A DNA stretch of 64,000 bases, taken from contig CALHDX010000110.1 of the NCBI GenBank assembly GCA_938023105.1, positions 2,274-66,273 of the forward strand, read 5' to 3'. The translations under genes and the position numbers were made by a program. This DNA comes from an uncultured Atopobium sp. Its GTDB lineage: Bacteria > Actinomycetota > Coriobacteriia > Coriobacteriales > Atopobiaceae. The notes beneath the pieces were generated by a model, which saw only the letters and a program-made list of their open reading frames with translations, did no database searches and was not told the origin of the DNA. Shown here one piece after another: positions 40,580-49,638 of this stretch; positions within the stretch are counted from its first letter, which is position 1, and each line of letters opens with the position of its first letter.

Positions 40580-40911
40580 CGAATACCCCTCCACAGAAGA
40601 CCCGTGCCAACTAAGAAGGGATACACGCAGGAAAGGTCAGAGACGCTTGCTTGAGCGTCTGTGTAGGTGTAGGACACACTACCCACACTCTCGCTCTTAA
40701 CCATTCCACGGGTGTCTTTGCCTGCCACTCTGTCACATAGAGCGCAGAGGGCAAGAAGCCACTTCTCGCTGTACTTCTCAGGGACCTCTTCACCAGTCAT
40801 CGAGACAAGCAGTGCTTGAGCCTTGACGAGGGGAGCATCCAGCTCACCCTCGTCAAGAGAGCCTTTATACGTGTTGCGGTAGAAGTCGTATGTAAGGCTT
40901 GGGGTTGCCAT
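40576..40911 (-). CDS. Head-tail adaptor
   Basis: YDFY...Y.G, KSESVGSVSYTY, L..TGLL.RG. Confidence 0.7.
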   Translation of the reverse strand: MATPSLTYDFYRNTYKGSLDEGELDAPLVKAQALLVSMTGEEVPEKYSEKWLLALCALCDRVAGKDTRGMVKSESVGSVSYTYTDAQASVSDLSCVYPFLVGTGLLWRGIR

Positions 40912-41798
40912 TAAGCAGCCTTAGGCTTCAAGACACCAGCAGCCTTAGTTGCCTTCAGGGCAACACCACAGACGAACTCAACATCAACGTTCTTGACAGC
41001 ACCAGGGGTAGTCCAGTCAGGAAGTGCAACAGTGAATGCGTTGTCACCCTTGAGAGTGATTCCATGGAAGCCGTCCATGCCAAGGCAAGCACCATAGATA
41101 GAGCCGTCAGTAATAGAGCCGTCACGAACCTCATGAATAGCAATGCCGTTGTAAGCCTTAACAACGTTGCCAGCGGTCTCCTTGGACTCAGTGCCAAGAC
41201 CAACAACACGGAGAAGTGCGTTCAGCTTGGTGTACTGAGCTGCGCTCATCATGAGTACGTCAGGGGTACGCATGAGGTTGGAGAGCATGGTGTCAAGCTC
41301 CTCAAGGTAAGCAAGAGCAGCTTCCTTAGTGGTGACCTTAATGTCAGTCTTAGAGGTCATCTCAGTAGAGGTAGTCTTCAGAGCAGCTGCAAGACCGTCA
41401 AAGCCATTTGCATCCTTGGTAGGAGCAAAGATGCTTGCGTTGAACTTGCGAGAGACTGCGTCCTTTGCCTGCTCCAGATACATCTCGTAGAGGTCATCTG
41501 CAGCAGCCTTGGCAACACGATCCATCTGGAACGTAGAGCCGAGAATACCCAGGGTGGTAGTCTTCTTCTCAACAGTTGGCTCAGAGACAGCTGGCTCAGC
41601 ACCAAGGGCGCGGAATGCTGCAGAAGATGGGGTCTTAACGCGCTTATAGCCATAGACCAAGTCAGAGGTGCCAGAAGCGTTCATGCAGTCATCAAAGGTG
41701 AGCGCACCGAGCAGATAGTTGTCAGTGACAAGCTCATTGATAAAGCCCTGTGTGAGCTTATCGCCAGAGTTAGTTGCAAGGGTAGTGAGGTTAATCAT
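40911..41798 (-). CDS. Major capsid protein
   Basis: Follows scaffold; FDGL motif; C-terminal KAAGVL; strongly biased codon use. Confidence 0.8.
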   Translation of the reverse strand: MINLTTLATNSGDKLTQGFINELVTDNYLLGALTFDDCMNASGTSDLVYGYKRVKTPSSAAFRALGAEPAVSEPTVEKKTTTLGILGSTFQMDRVAKAAADDLYEMYLEQAKDAVSRKFNASIFAPTKDANGFDGLAAALKTTSTEMTSKTDIKVTTKEAALAYLEELDTMLSNLMRTPDVLMMSAAQYTKLNALLRVVGLGTESKETAGNVVKAYNGIAIHEVRDGSITDGSIYGACLGMDGFHGITLKGDNAFTVALPDWTTPGAVKNVDVEFVCGVALKATKAAGVLKPKAA

Positions 41799-42331
41799 TA
41801 TTTGCCGAGTCCTTCCTTAATGTTGCGAGCAATGCCAGAAGAGCTGCCAGCGGGCTTGCCGGTAGTGTTTACGCTCTTTGGCTCAGACTGGAAGAGATAA
41901 GGCTTAGCTTCTTTAAGTTTGGCAACGTCACCCTCTAGAGCAGCCAGAGCAGCTCTACCAAGCTCCAAGTCAATGCAGCCAGCAGAAGTAAGCTGTGCTT
42001 CTACTTCTGCCTTCTCCTTAGCTTCCTGTGAGTCTTTGAGCTGCTTCTCAATAGCAGAGATACGCTCATCAGAAGAAGCCATAGACTTCTTCGACTCTGC
42101 AAGCTCTGCTTCCAGCTCTTTAATGCGCTTCTCACGATTAGCCAAGTCACGCTCTAGCTTGTGGGTGTTGACGTTTGTACTTGTGTCCTCGCTTGCAGCA
42201 GGGTCCTGGGAAGATGCTTCCTCTTCTGTTGCTTGGTCTTGGGACTGGTTTTCCTGCGTAGAGTCTTGGGTGTCAGAGTCTTTCTTTTCCTCTGTGACCT
42301 CGTCTGGTGCAGGAGATCCATTACGATGCAT
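41798..42331 (-). CDS. Capsid scaffolding protein
   Basis: Acidic N-terminus, coiled coil, LKEAKPYLF motif. Confidence 0.8.
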   Translation of the reverse strand: MHRNGSPAPDEVTEEKKDSDTQDSTQENQSQDQATEEEASSQDPAASEDTSTNVNTHKLERDLANREKRIKELEAELAESKKSMASSDERISAIEKQLKDSQEAKEKAEVEAQLTSAGCIDLELGRAALAALEGDVAKLKEAKPYLFQSEPKSVNTTGKPAGSSSGIARNIKEGLGK

Positions 42332-42403
42332 AGACCAAATCCTTTCAGTCAATCGCAGGTCCTTTTCCTGCGCTGAAAGAATTGTCTGTGAGTGTTAACA
42401 GCT

Positions 42404-42431
42404 AAAAGAAAACCCCGCTTGTGGCGGGGTT
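42404..42431 (-). terminator. Terminator downstream of minor-head protein and orphan ORF
   Basis: AACCCCGC-TTGTG-GCGGGGTT with U-rich tail on the minus strand. Confidence 0.7.
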
Positions 42432-42445
42432 AGGAGTTAAGCTTT

Positions 42446-42730
42446 TTATTTTTCTAATAATGGAGTAAGTTCTTTTTTGGCTTTTTTAGTAGGACCATCC
42501 CAAGTGAAATACTCAGAACAGGACTTGTAAAGCTTTCTATGGCGAATAATCGCAACTTGTTCATCGCTTGGAAGACCCATCAGAATGGCTATATTTTTTT
42601 TAGCATCAAGAGCTTTACCATATTTCTTGAGCAATTTTATATGCTCACGAGCATAAGAGTTGCTACCTCTCATTAAAGAATCAAGAGAAATATCAAGTGA
42701 GTCACAGAGCATATCGTAATCAATTACCAT
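42446..42730 (-). CDS. Small AT-rich orphan protein, candidate immunity protein
   Basis: Start overlaps upstream stop (ATGGTAA); GGAGG RBS; AT-rich like the adjacent domain. Confidence 0.65.
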   Translation of the reverse strand: MVIDYDMLCDSLDISLDSLMRGSNSYAREHIKLLKKYGKALDAKKNIAILMGLPSDEQVAIIRHRKLYKSCSEYFTWDGPTKKAKKELTPLLEK

Positions 42731-44595
42731 GAGAGAGCCTCCCTTACCACAATATCAGCGATTTTGTTCTTACCAAACCCGTTAACTGCGACAAATCTTA
42801 ATGACTCAGCAAGGAGCTCTGAACCAGATTCATCTTTAAAACTATTATACCTTTTTAGATAGGGTGAAATCCTCTCTATATGCTCAATATTTTCCCCATT
42901 ATCAAACTGTATTTTTCCGTCTAATTCATCGTAATAAACGAGTATGCCAGCATTTAAAAAAGCTGTCTCTAACTTTTGATTTAAATTTGATTGGGCAAGA
43001 CCCTCAATTGGATTGGCTCTATAGGCTATTAATTCATTTACTTCTTTATCCCATTCTTTCATTGTAGATAGATTCCACTCTTTCGTATGGGCTATCTCAT
43101 GAAAAATAACTTGGATGCGTTCATCTACTTTCTTCTTAAATAAAGAATCAGATACTTCAATAACAGCTGCTCCATCTCTACGAGATGCCTGAGCGAGTAC
43201 GCCATACTCAAGCTTGTTGTTTAGCTTGAAGGTCAGGGGCTGTTTAATGCTGTCACCCATAAAGTTAAAAGCATGCTCAGATGCAACAGCAATTTGCTTT
43301 TGTATGTTTAGCGGGAAATCATTTTGAGAAAAGTCAATGTTTACCTGTGTTCTTTCTTTAAATATGCCAGAAACATCTACGTCTTTGCCAGAATAAGCTT
43401 TCATGAGTTCTTTTGTATCCTCAAAAGAGCCTTTAAAGCTTATGTTTTTAGATTGCCTAGCAAAAATCGGATGAGTCTTCAACGCTCTAGGCTGCTTGCT
43501 TACTGCCCAGGCACGCTCACGTTCATAATCACGGCGCAGATGATTGTCATGCGTGAACTGACGCAGCTTGTCCTGAAGCTCACCAAGCCTAATGCGCTGC
43601 TTTACTGCGTCTGCTCTCACCTCTTGAAGGTAAGAGATCTCTCTTTTCTGACTCCTAATGAGACGCTCATATCTACGCTGCTTCTGCGTGGCTGCGTAGT
43701 ACTCATCACTGGTCATGCCTGTGATGCGCTCTTGATCTGAGTAGTCCATATCTGGCAACTGAGAATATCCAGGCACATAAGGTGTCATGTAGTGGTAGCA
43801 GTTAGCTCCACAGAGACCTGTAACGGTACCGTATCCGGTTGACTCAACGAGCGGTGGATACTCAGTACTCCTTCCACTTCTTGAATACACTTTGCCTTGC
43901 CATTCAGCATGGCTTGGACGCGCTCCAAAGTGTGCATCAACAAAGACTAAGTCCCATTCCCACTCATCCATACGCTGCATGAGAAGGCGGTTTCTCGCTT
44001 GGTTAGCCTGGGAGACAATGTGGCGTCTGAGAGCTGCGTCAATGGTTGTCTTAGTGCCACTGATGTAGTCAATCGTCTCTAGTCCAGAGTTGGCAAGTCG
44101 TGTAACTCCACGCTCCATAACCACTCGTGTTGGCTCTCCGGCTTGGTGGCGTGCTATTGCTTCAGCAGTCACGTCATACCAAAGTGCTGATTGGTCTTTA
44201 GCAAGAGCAATGTTTTGACGCTCAAGGACCTCATTCATACCTTGCGCCGTCTGAGCAGCGATAATAGTTGCGAGGTTAGTCATGTGACGGCGTGAGCCCA
44301 TCGCTCGCACAAACTGACCTACAAGCGCATCATCAGTCTTTTTGAGTGCAGTCTTTAGGACCTCACGTGTTTGCTTGTCGATGGCTGGGCGGTACTTGTA
44401 ATAGATCGCAAGAGCTTCCTCACGAGAGAGCCTAGAGAGACGCTCAAAGTCTGCAATCTCTCTACCTCTGATAACTGCGCCATTAGTGCGTACGACCTCA
44501 TCAAGCAGATTGAGAAAGAAGTAGGAGAGTTCATTCACATAAGCAGACTGTGCGCCCCCTACGAGACGCACAGCAATTTCTTCAGTCGGTTTCAC
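42724..44595 (-). CDS. Phage minor capsid protein (MuF-like) with C-terminal zincin metallopeptidase domain
   Basis: H.GARPSH..WQGKVY, GLCGANC.H, QKQR..ER; C-terminus FHEIAH...ISPY...ELLAES. Confidence 0.88.
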   Translation of the reverse strand: MKPTEEIAVRLVGGAQSAYVNELSYFFLNLLDEVVRTNGAVIRGREIADFERLSRLSREEALAIYYKYRPAIDKQTREVLKTALKKTDDALVGQFVRAMGSRRHMTNLATIIAAQTAQGMNEVLERQNIALAKDQSALWYDVTAEAIARHQAGEPTRVVMERGVTRLANSGLETIDYISGTKTTIDAALRRHIVSQANQARNRLLMQRMDEWEWDLVFVDAHFGARPSHAEWQGKVYSRSGRSTEYPPLVESTGYGTVTGLCGANCYHYMTPYVPGYSQLPDMDYSDQERITGMTSDEYYAATQKQRRYERLIRSQKREISYLQEVRADAVKQRIRLGELQDKLRQFTHDNHLRRDYERERAWAVSKQPRALKTHPIFARQSKNISFKGSFEDTKELMKAYSGKDVDVSGIFKERTQVNIDFSQNDFPLNIQKQIAVASEHAFNFMGDSIKQPLTFKLNNKLEYGVLAQASRRDGAAVIEVSDSLFKKKVDERIQVIFHEIAHTKEWNLSTMKEWDKEVNELIAYRANPIEGLAQSNLNQKLETAFLNAGILVYYDELDGKIQFDNGENIEHIERISPYLKRYNSFKDESGSELLAESLRFVAVNGFGKNKIADIVVREALSW

Positions 44596-44597
44596 AA

Positions 44598-45983
44598 TTA
44601 CTCACCAAGGTCTGCGTCAAGTGCGACACCGCCAGTCTCGCTGGTAAATGCCTTTGCATCTTCCTCACTCATGCCTTGATACTTGACGAGATACTTCCAC
44701 TTGGGGCAAAGACCACGCGCAATGTCATCTTTCATCATGTCTCGGTCTGCCTTATCGTCTGAGATAACTGAGTCATCCCACAAAATGTCAACGGGCACAG
44801 GCTCATCTACTCTGTAGCCATTCATGGCGCACTCTGCAGCAAACGCGCCCTGGATGAGGTCTCTTACCGAGTTCTCAATAGAGTGCTCATGCTTTCTGAT
44901 GGTTCTAATAAGCGTTGCGTTAGTGCTTACAACCTCAGTTGCCGTTTTGAGTCCCTGTCCCAGTGTGAATGACCAATATCCAGCACCAAAGCCGGTTCTA
45001 AAGCCCAAAACAGCAAGAGCATTGTTGAACGCAGTAACCATGTCATCAATATGTGTGTCAGGGTTATAGACCGTCATAGGCGACTCTGCACTAATACCGG
45101 CAGAGATTGGTGCAAACATAATCTGGTCCATTGTGTTTACAAACTTTGCATTACCTTTGCTGTCACGCACAATGGCTTGCTCGTCTACAACCATCTTTGG
45201 CAGAGAGACTCGAACCTGCCAATACATCTGGTTAAATGCTTCGTCTACCAGTCTGCATGAGTCGCAGATGTCTTCAATTACCGATGCGCCAAGAGGTGTG
45301 AGCTCGTCATGAGCGTTGTACTTGGCTGGCTTTACAAGCGCATAGGTTGGCAGTGGTTGCTTGGTATCAACAAAGCCAGTAATGCCTTCAACCTCAACAG
45401 GGTTAATGCGGTTCTGCGAGTTAAAGAGAAGCGTCTCGATTACGTGAGACTGCGTCTCTTGATTGAAGTATCTAAGCTGCAGCTGGTCATACATCTTGGA
45501 GTTAACGGTTACCTTGGAGATGAATGCGCAGCCATCACCAAGAAGCGGGATAATCTGCCACGCCTTCATAGAGTCAATGCTGGTTGAGACGTTGCCCTCG
45601 TATCCGTGGAAGTTTGCTACCCATGCGCCAACACCAAGCGCAAACACAGTACTGATGAACTCTGCTTGCTCATCTACAAAGTTAGGGATGGTGCGCTCTA
45701 GCCAGTCATTCACTACGTCTTCAGAACTTGAAAGTATTGTGCCTTCGTTCATAATCAGGCTTGGAATCTCACTTGCAACCATTGAAGCCGGACTGATTGA
45801 GAGCCTGTCATATGAGTCAGCACCATTGTTGATGATGTAAGGCTGCTTGTAGTACTCATTATCATGCGTAAACCAGCCCCACCACAGCTGCTGGAACTTA
45901 TCCATAGACGTGTCAGGCGTAAATTTACGCTTCTTTAGGTATCTGAGTGCCCATTCTGGCTTTTGGATAGTAATTTTTGACAA
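44598..45983 (-). CDS. Portal protein (SPP1/A118-like)
   Basis: Follows terminase; PLGAS, KTATEVVS, WDDSVI.D motifs. Confidence 0.88.
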   Translation of the reverse strand: MSKITIQKPEWALRYLKKRKFTPDTSMDKFQQLWWGWFTHDNEYYKQPYIINNGADSYDRLSISPASMVASEIPSLIMNEGTILSSSEDVVNDWLERTIPNFVDEQAEFISTVFALGVGAWVANFHGYEGNVSTSIDSMKAWQIIPLLGDGCAFISKVTVNSKMYDQLQLRYFNQETQSHVIETLLFNSQNRINPVEVEGITGFVDTKQPLPTYALVKPAKYNAHDELTPLGASVIEDICDSCRLVDEAFNQMYWQVRVSLPKMVVDEQAIVRDSKGNAKFVNTMDQIMFAPISAGISAESPMTVYNPDTHIDDMVTAFNNALAVLGFRTGFGAGYWSFTLGQGLKTATEVVSTNATLIRTIRKHEHSIENSVRDLIQGAFAAECAMNGYRVDEPVPVDILWDDSVISDDKADRDMMKDDIARGLCPKWKYLVKYQGMSEEDAKAFTSETGGVALDADLGE

Positions 45984-46000
45984 GGTAAGACCCCTTCTCT

Positions 46001-47677
46001 TTAAGTCAAGCTTCTGTCATTGATAAGCGTCATACACGCATAACGCACAGCGTCAATAGTGTGGTTATCAGCGTCTGGCAACTGCCCTGTGAGCTGGTTG
46101 TCCTTTGTCATCACATATGAGTAATTGCTGAACTCTCGTGCTGCGGTTGTACAGCTTGAGTCAATCACAATCTTTGTGCGGTACTGCAGCCACTTGATTG
46201 AGTTATGGATGTTATGCGCACCAGTCTTGAGCGCACCACGGGCATTAATGCCATTAGCTTTGAAGTCAGCAATACTCTTAGGCTCTGCTGAGTCGCACCA
46301 CACCGTGGCGTATGGCTCAGCATCTTCAATAACGTCTTCACCGTCTTTGAGCGCATTGCCCAGCTTCTCGCTTACGAGCTCAGCGGTATCTTGGTTAGAG
46401 AGTCCACACTTTACGAACTCATCCAGGATGTAGAGTGTGCGCGTCTTTGCGTCATAGGCAATCTTGACCCAAGCGAATGGATCTTGTGAGAAGCCCCAGT
46501 CAACACCATAGAAGTGGTACTCAAGCTTTTTGCGCTCCTCGTGTGTAATATCTCTTACCTCAACGCGGGTAAAGACCTCAGAGCCAAAGCCTACTTGCTC
46601 ACCCAGCCACTCATGGCGATATGCTTCCTCGTCAAGTTCCTTGAGTGCTTCAGCGTCCTTACGTACTTGCTCCGGTATCCACTCATGTGGCACATCGAGG
46701 TAGCTTGACTCAATGACGCGCTCCGGGTGAGTCGAGAGCATAGTAGAGACGTGCTCATTTACCCAGGCATCACGAGAGCGTGGTGGGTTATGGTCAAAGA
46801 AGCGGAAGTACACAGAGCCTTCTGGAGCATCACGAGTGACAGACTGCATAACCGTTCTGAGTTCACCCCAGCCGTTGAACTGGTCTACCTCTGAGAACCA
46901 CTGATAGGCGTAGTACGTTCCATTAGGTGCCTTGATTGCTTTGGTCTTCTGCGTATGGTCACCACCTCTAAAGGTAATGACTTGACCTGTTGCGGGGCGT
47001 GTGAGCTTGTATGGGCTCTTAGAAGGCTTCCACTCATCGCGAATGTTGAGTTTGTCTATCGCCCAGAGCATTTGCTCAAAGACACCGTCTCCAATGTCTT
47101 TGCCAATCTTTGGCATGATGAATGCCGAGCGGTCCTTGTGCTCCATAAGTCCTTGCATGATCTCTAGCGAGACCGTGGAGCTCTTCAAAGAAAAACGCCC
47201 TCCCCTTAGCCACCATTCACCTCCCGCGTCCTGTGCGATTGCACGATGCAGTGAGAGAAACGGTGGTGCTAAGAGAAGGGCGAAGTCTGCCACGAATGGC
47301 TTCTCTTCTTCTTCCACATCTTCTGGAATTGCGTCTAAGAGAGTCCTGCCAATGGAAGAGATGGCAGTGACTGCAGTCTGGTTCACGCCTGAGTCAGCAA
47401 TAGACTCCTGCGCCATTGCAAACGTCTTACCCATGCCATTGAGTACTTGAGCACGGGTGATAGTTACTTTCTTTGAAGCTCTCTCTTGGAGGTCTTGAAG
47501 CCTTGCCTTTATCTTGCTGTCAGCTTCGAGTCTGCAAGCAGCTTGGTCAACAGTATCTGGCTTCCACTTTGAGCGGTGCGGATAAGCTTCCAGCATTGCC
47601 TGTCGCTGGCTCTTGCCAGCAACTCTAGCGAGCACATACTTCTCATGGTTTGCGTTTGTGAGTGGTTGCGTCTTCAA
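46001..47677 (-). CDS. Terminase large subunit (PBSX-like) with N-terminal small-terminase-like region
   Basis: GGRFSLKSS Walker A, WFSE Walker B, NPP, YGVDWGF..DP, DSAEP, NHTIDAVRYA. Confidence 0.92.
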   Translation of the reverse strand: MKTQPLTNANHEKYVLARVAGKSQRQAMLEAYPHRSKWKPDTVDQAACRLEADSKIKARLQDLQERASKKVTITRAQVLNGMGKTFAMAQESIADSGVNQTAVTAISSIGRTLLDAIPEDVEEEEKPFVADFALLLAPPFLSLHRAIAQDAGGEWWLRGGRFSLKSSTVSLEIMQGLMEHKDRSAFIMPKIGKDIGDGVFEQMLWAIDKLNIRDEWKPSKSPYKLTRPATGQVITFRGGDHTQKTKAIKAPNGTYYAYQWFSEVDQFNGWGELRTVMQSVTRDAPEGSVYFRFFDHNPPRSRDAWVNEHVSTMLSTHPERVIESSYLDVPHEWIPEQVRKDAEALKELDEEAYRHEWLGEQVGFGSEVFTRVEVRDITHEERKKLEYHFYGVDWGFSQDPFAWVKIAYDAKTRTLYILDEFVKCGLSNQDTAELVSEKLGNALKDGEDVIEDAEPYATVWCDSAEPKSIADFKANGINARGALKTGAHNIHNSIKWLQYRTKIVIDSSCTTAAREFSNYSYVMTKDNQLTGQLPDADNHTIDAVRYACMTLINDRSLT

Positions 47678-48110
47678 TGCGTCTGACCTTTGCTTTTCGC
47701 TCCTTCTTCCTCTTCATCTTAAAGGCAAGCTGACGCTCCAAATTCTGCTTACGCTCAAGCTCTTGCGTGTGCTTTCTCAAGTACTCCCGCTCATCAAGCG
47801 CACACTCTTTACAAAGCCCCCAACGCTTAGCATCCTCTGCATCAACCCACACAGGATGCTGTCCGCACTTCTGACATAAAGGCACAATGCCCTCTGTTCG
47901 GTATCTTCCATAGCGATGGCGCACCATAGTAATTGCTTGCACAGAATGCGTAGGAATAAGCTCATGGAGTTCCTTGGCAGTCATGGAAGGGTTGCGCCAG
48001 AGCGTCTCAAGCTCTGACCAAGTCCAGGACTGGTACGTTCGTCTCCCTCTTTTCTTAAATGATGAAAGAGATGAAACATTTATTTCATCTCTGTTTTTAC
48101 GCTTGCTCAT
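47643..48110 (-). CDS. Myb/SANT-like HTH plus zinc-finger protein
   Basis: WTWSELETL...LIPTHSVQAI; CQKC...CKEC; basic tail. Confidence 0.6.
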   Translation of the reverse strand: MSKRKNRDEINVSSLSSFKKRGRRTYQSWTWSELETLWRNPSMTAKELHELIPTHSVQAITMVRHRYGRYRTEGIVPLCQKCGQHPVWVDAEDAKRWGLCKECALDEREYLRKHTQELERKQNLERQLAFKMKRKKERKAKVRRIEDATTHKRKP

Positions 48111-48447
48111 TGAGCTTCTCCCTCTGTGTAAAGAGTCGGTACGCATGATTGCAAACCATCTGTGGCTCACGTTGCAGCTTCTTGGAGAGTGTCTCTAGAA
48201 TTGCAACAATAAGCGCGTCTTCTTTCTCGCTCCAGATTCTGTGAGAGCGTGTAAGACTTGTCTTGCTTTGGAGCCCACGAGACCTTGCAAACACCTTAAT
48301 GTCGGTGATTGAGCGATTAGGCATAAGACGCTTGAAGCCTGACCATGTGGGTCCATGCTTGGGAACTTCGCGCTCAATGATTGCAATCTCTTTTTCTGTG
48401 AAGGTGGAGTGATCTAGTTCTTCATAGCTTCGTCTGAATCCATTCAC
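48097..48447 (-). CDS. Myb/SANT-like DNA-binding protein
   Basis: FTEKEIAII...KHGPTWS....MPNRS..DIK then WSEKEDALI. Confidence 0.62.
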   Translation of the reverse strand: MNGFRRSYEELDHSTFTEKEIAIIEREVPKHGPTWSGFKRLMPNRSITDIKVFARSRGLQSKTSLTRSHRIWSEKEDALIVAILETLSKKLQREPQMVCNHAYRLFTQREKLNEQA

Positions 48448-48731
48448 TTAAGCTCTCCTTTCTCATAAAGAAAGCGAGTCATTTCTGCTCGCTTTCTAAT
48501 TTCCTCTTTCTGTAGTTCTCGCTCCGATACGTTTGGAGCATGTGCGTTTCGCTTAAATATCGCTTTATCGCTATCTGAGAGACACGCTAAGGCGCAAACT
48601 CTCTTATCGTCAATAACTCCAGCCAAGGCACACGTAGAAGCGCACTCAGAGCCTGTGAAGGGGCATAGAAGATATTTAACCTGTTTAGGCAATACAAACA
48701 CCTCCATTCTGTATAAATGTTGAATAGGCAC
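48444..48731 (-). CDS. Small Cys-rich hypothetical protein (start uncertain)
   Basis: CPF...C...CA.....CA; overlaps both neighbours. Confidence 0.5.
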   Translation of the reverse strand: MPIQHLYRMEVFVLPKQVKYLLCPFTGSECASTCALAGVIDDKRVCALACLSDSDKAIFKRNAHAPNVSERELQKEEIRKRAEMTRFLYEKGELK

Positions 48732-49638
48732 CTTTTAATTTTGCGGGCACTAAAATGCCCGTTCTACCTGCTTTGTTCTTAACTGTGTGCAGTGCTACCT
48801 CTTTGAATTGCGGAGTATCAATCTCACCTTTCGTGAGGATGAGTGCTGCCCAGGATGCGTAACCTACAACTCCAGAACCACGGAACCAGTCCAAAGATGG
48901 TTCATCCTTTGCATCAAGCTTCTTCAGACTTGAAAGCACAAGGAACGGTATTTGCGTATCAAAAGCAAGCATCTGTAGATTGGTAGCAACTTGAGACACG
49001 CGAGTGTATTCCTGCTTATCAATGTCAGGAGTGCCTGTTTGATATTGTTGAATGTAGTCAACGATGACAAGGTCTGGCTTGTCATCATCTGCCATAACGG
49101 TGCGCACGATCTCTTCAATTCCTGTTGTAGTTGATACGTTGTCGATGATTGCAAGATTGGGTGCGACCATATCGTCATAGAGTGCAGCGTCAGCAAGTAC
49201 AGCGTTAGAGTGCCTGGCATTAAACGCATACGCTGAGAGGTTTTGTAGTCCTTCTGGCAGCTGTAATTCTGTGCCTGGACCTTTAATGACTGCTGACCAT
49301 TCAAAGGGAACAACCGTGAGTCCTTGACGCTTTAGTCCTTGGTTCTTCACAGACCAACAACTCATGGAACGGGCTGTGATATTTCCCCACGTGTCATCTA
49401 ACGTAAAGTAGATAACGCGCTTTCCGTCTTGTGCCACTTCCGTTGCGATGTGTACTGCAAGCGAAGATTTACCTGCAGAAGCCACACCACCTAGAATAGT
49501 GAGTCCTGGCATTAAGCCACCACTTAGCGCATCATCAGCTATTGTGTGCGTCTTAAGTGGTTCTTTTGCTGCAAGATAGCATTCAACATCCCAGCCGTAC
49601 TTTGGACGGTTCAGCCGGCGCAAATATTCAAACGTCAT
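48685..49638 (-). CDS. DnaB-like (SF4) helicase
   Basis: GVASAGKS, VIVDYIQ, LSSL, FRGSG, VKNK.G. Confidence 0.85.
   Translation of the reverse strand: MTFEYLRRLNRPKYGWDVECYLAAKEPLKTHTIADDALSGGLMPGLTILGGVASAGKSSLAVHIATEVAQDGKRVIYFTLDDTWGNITARSMSCWSVKNQGLKRQGLTVVPFEWSAVIKGPGTELQLPEGLQNLSAYAFNARHSNAVLADAALYDDMVAPNLAIIDNVSTTTGIEEIVRTVMADDDKPDLVIVDYIQQYQTGTPDIDKQEYTRVSQVATNLQMLAFDTQIPFLVLSSLKKLDAKDEPSLDWFRGSGVVGYASWAALILTKGEIDTPQFKEVALHTVKNKAGRTGILVPAKLKGAYSTFIQNGGVCIA

Noticed and set aside
40899..41900. 333-aa plus-strand ORF
   Set aside because: Antisense shadow of the major capsid gene.
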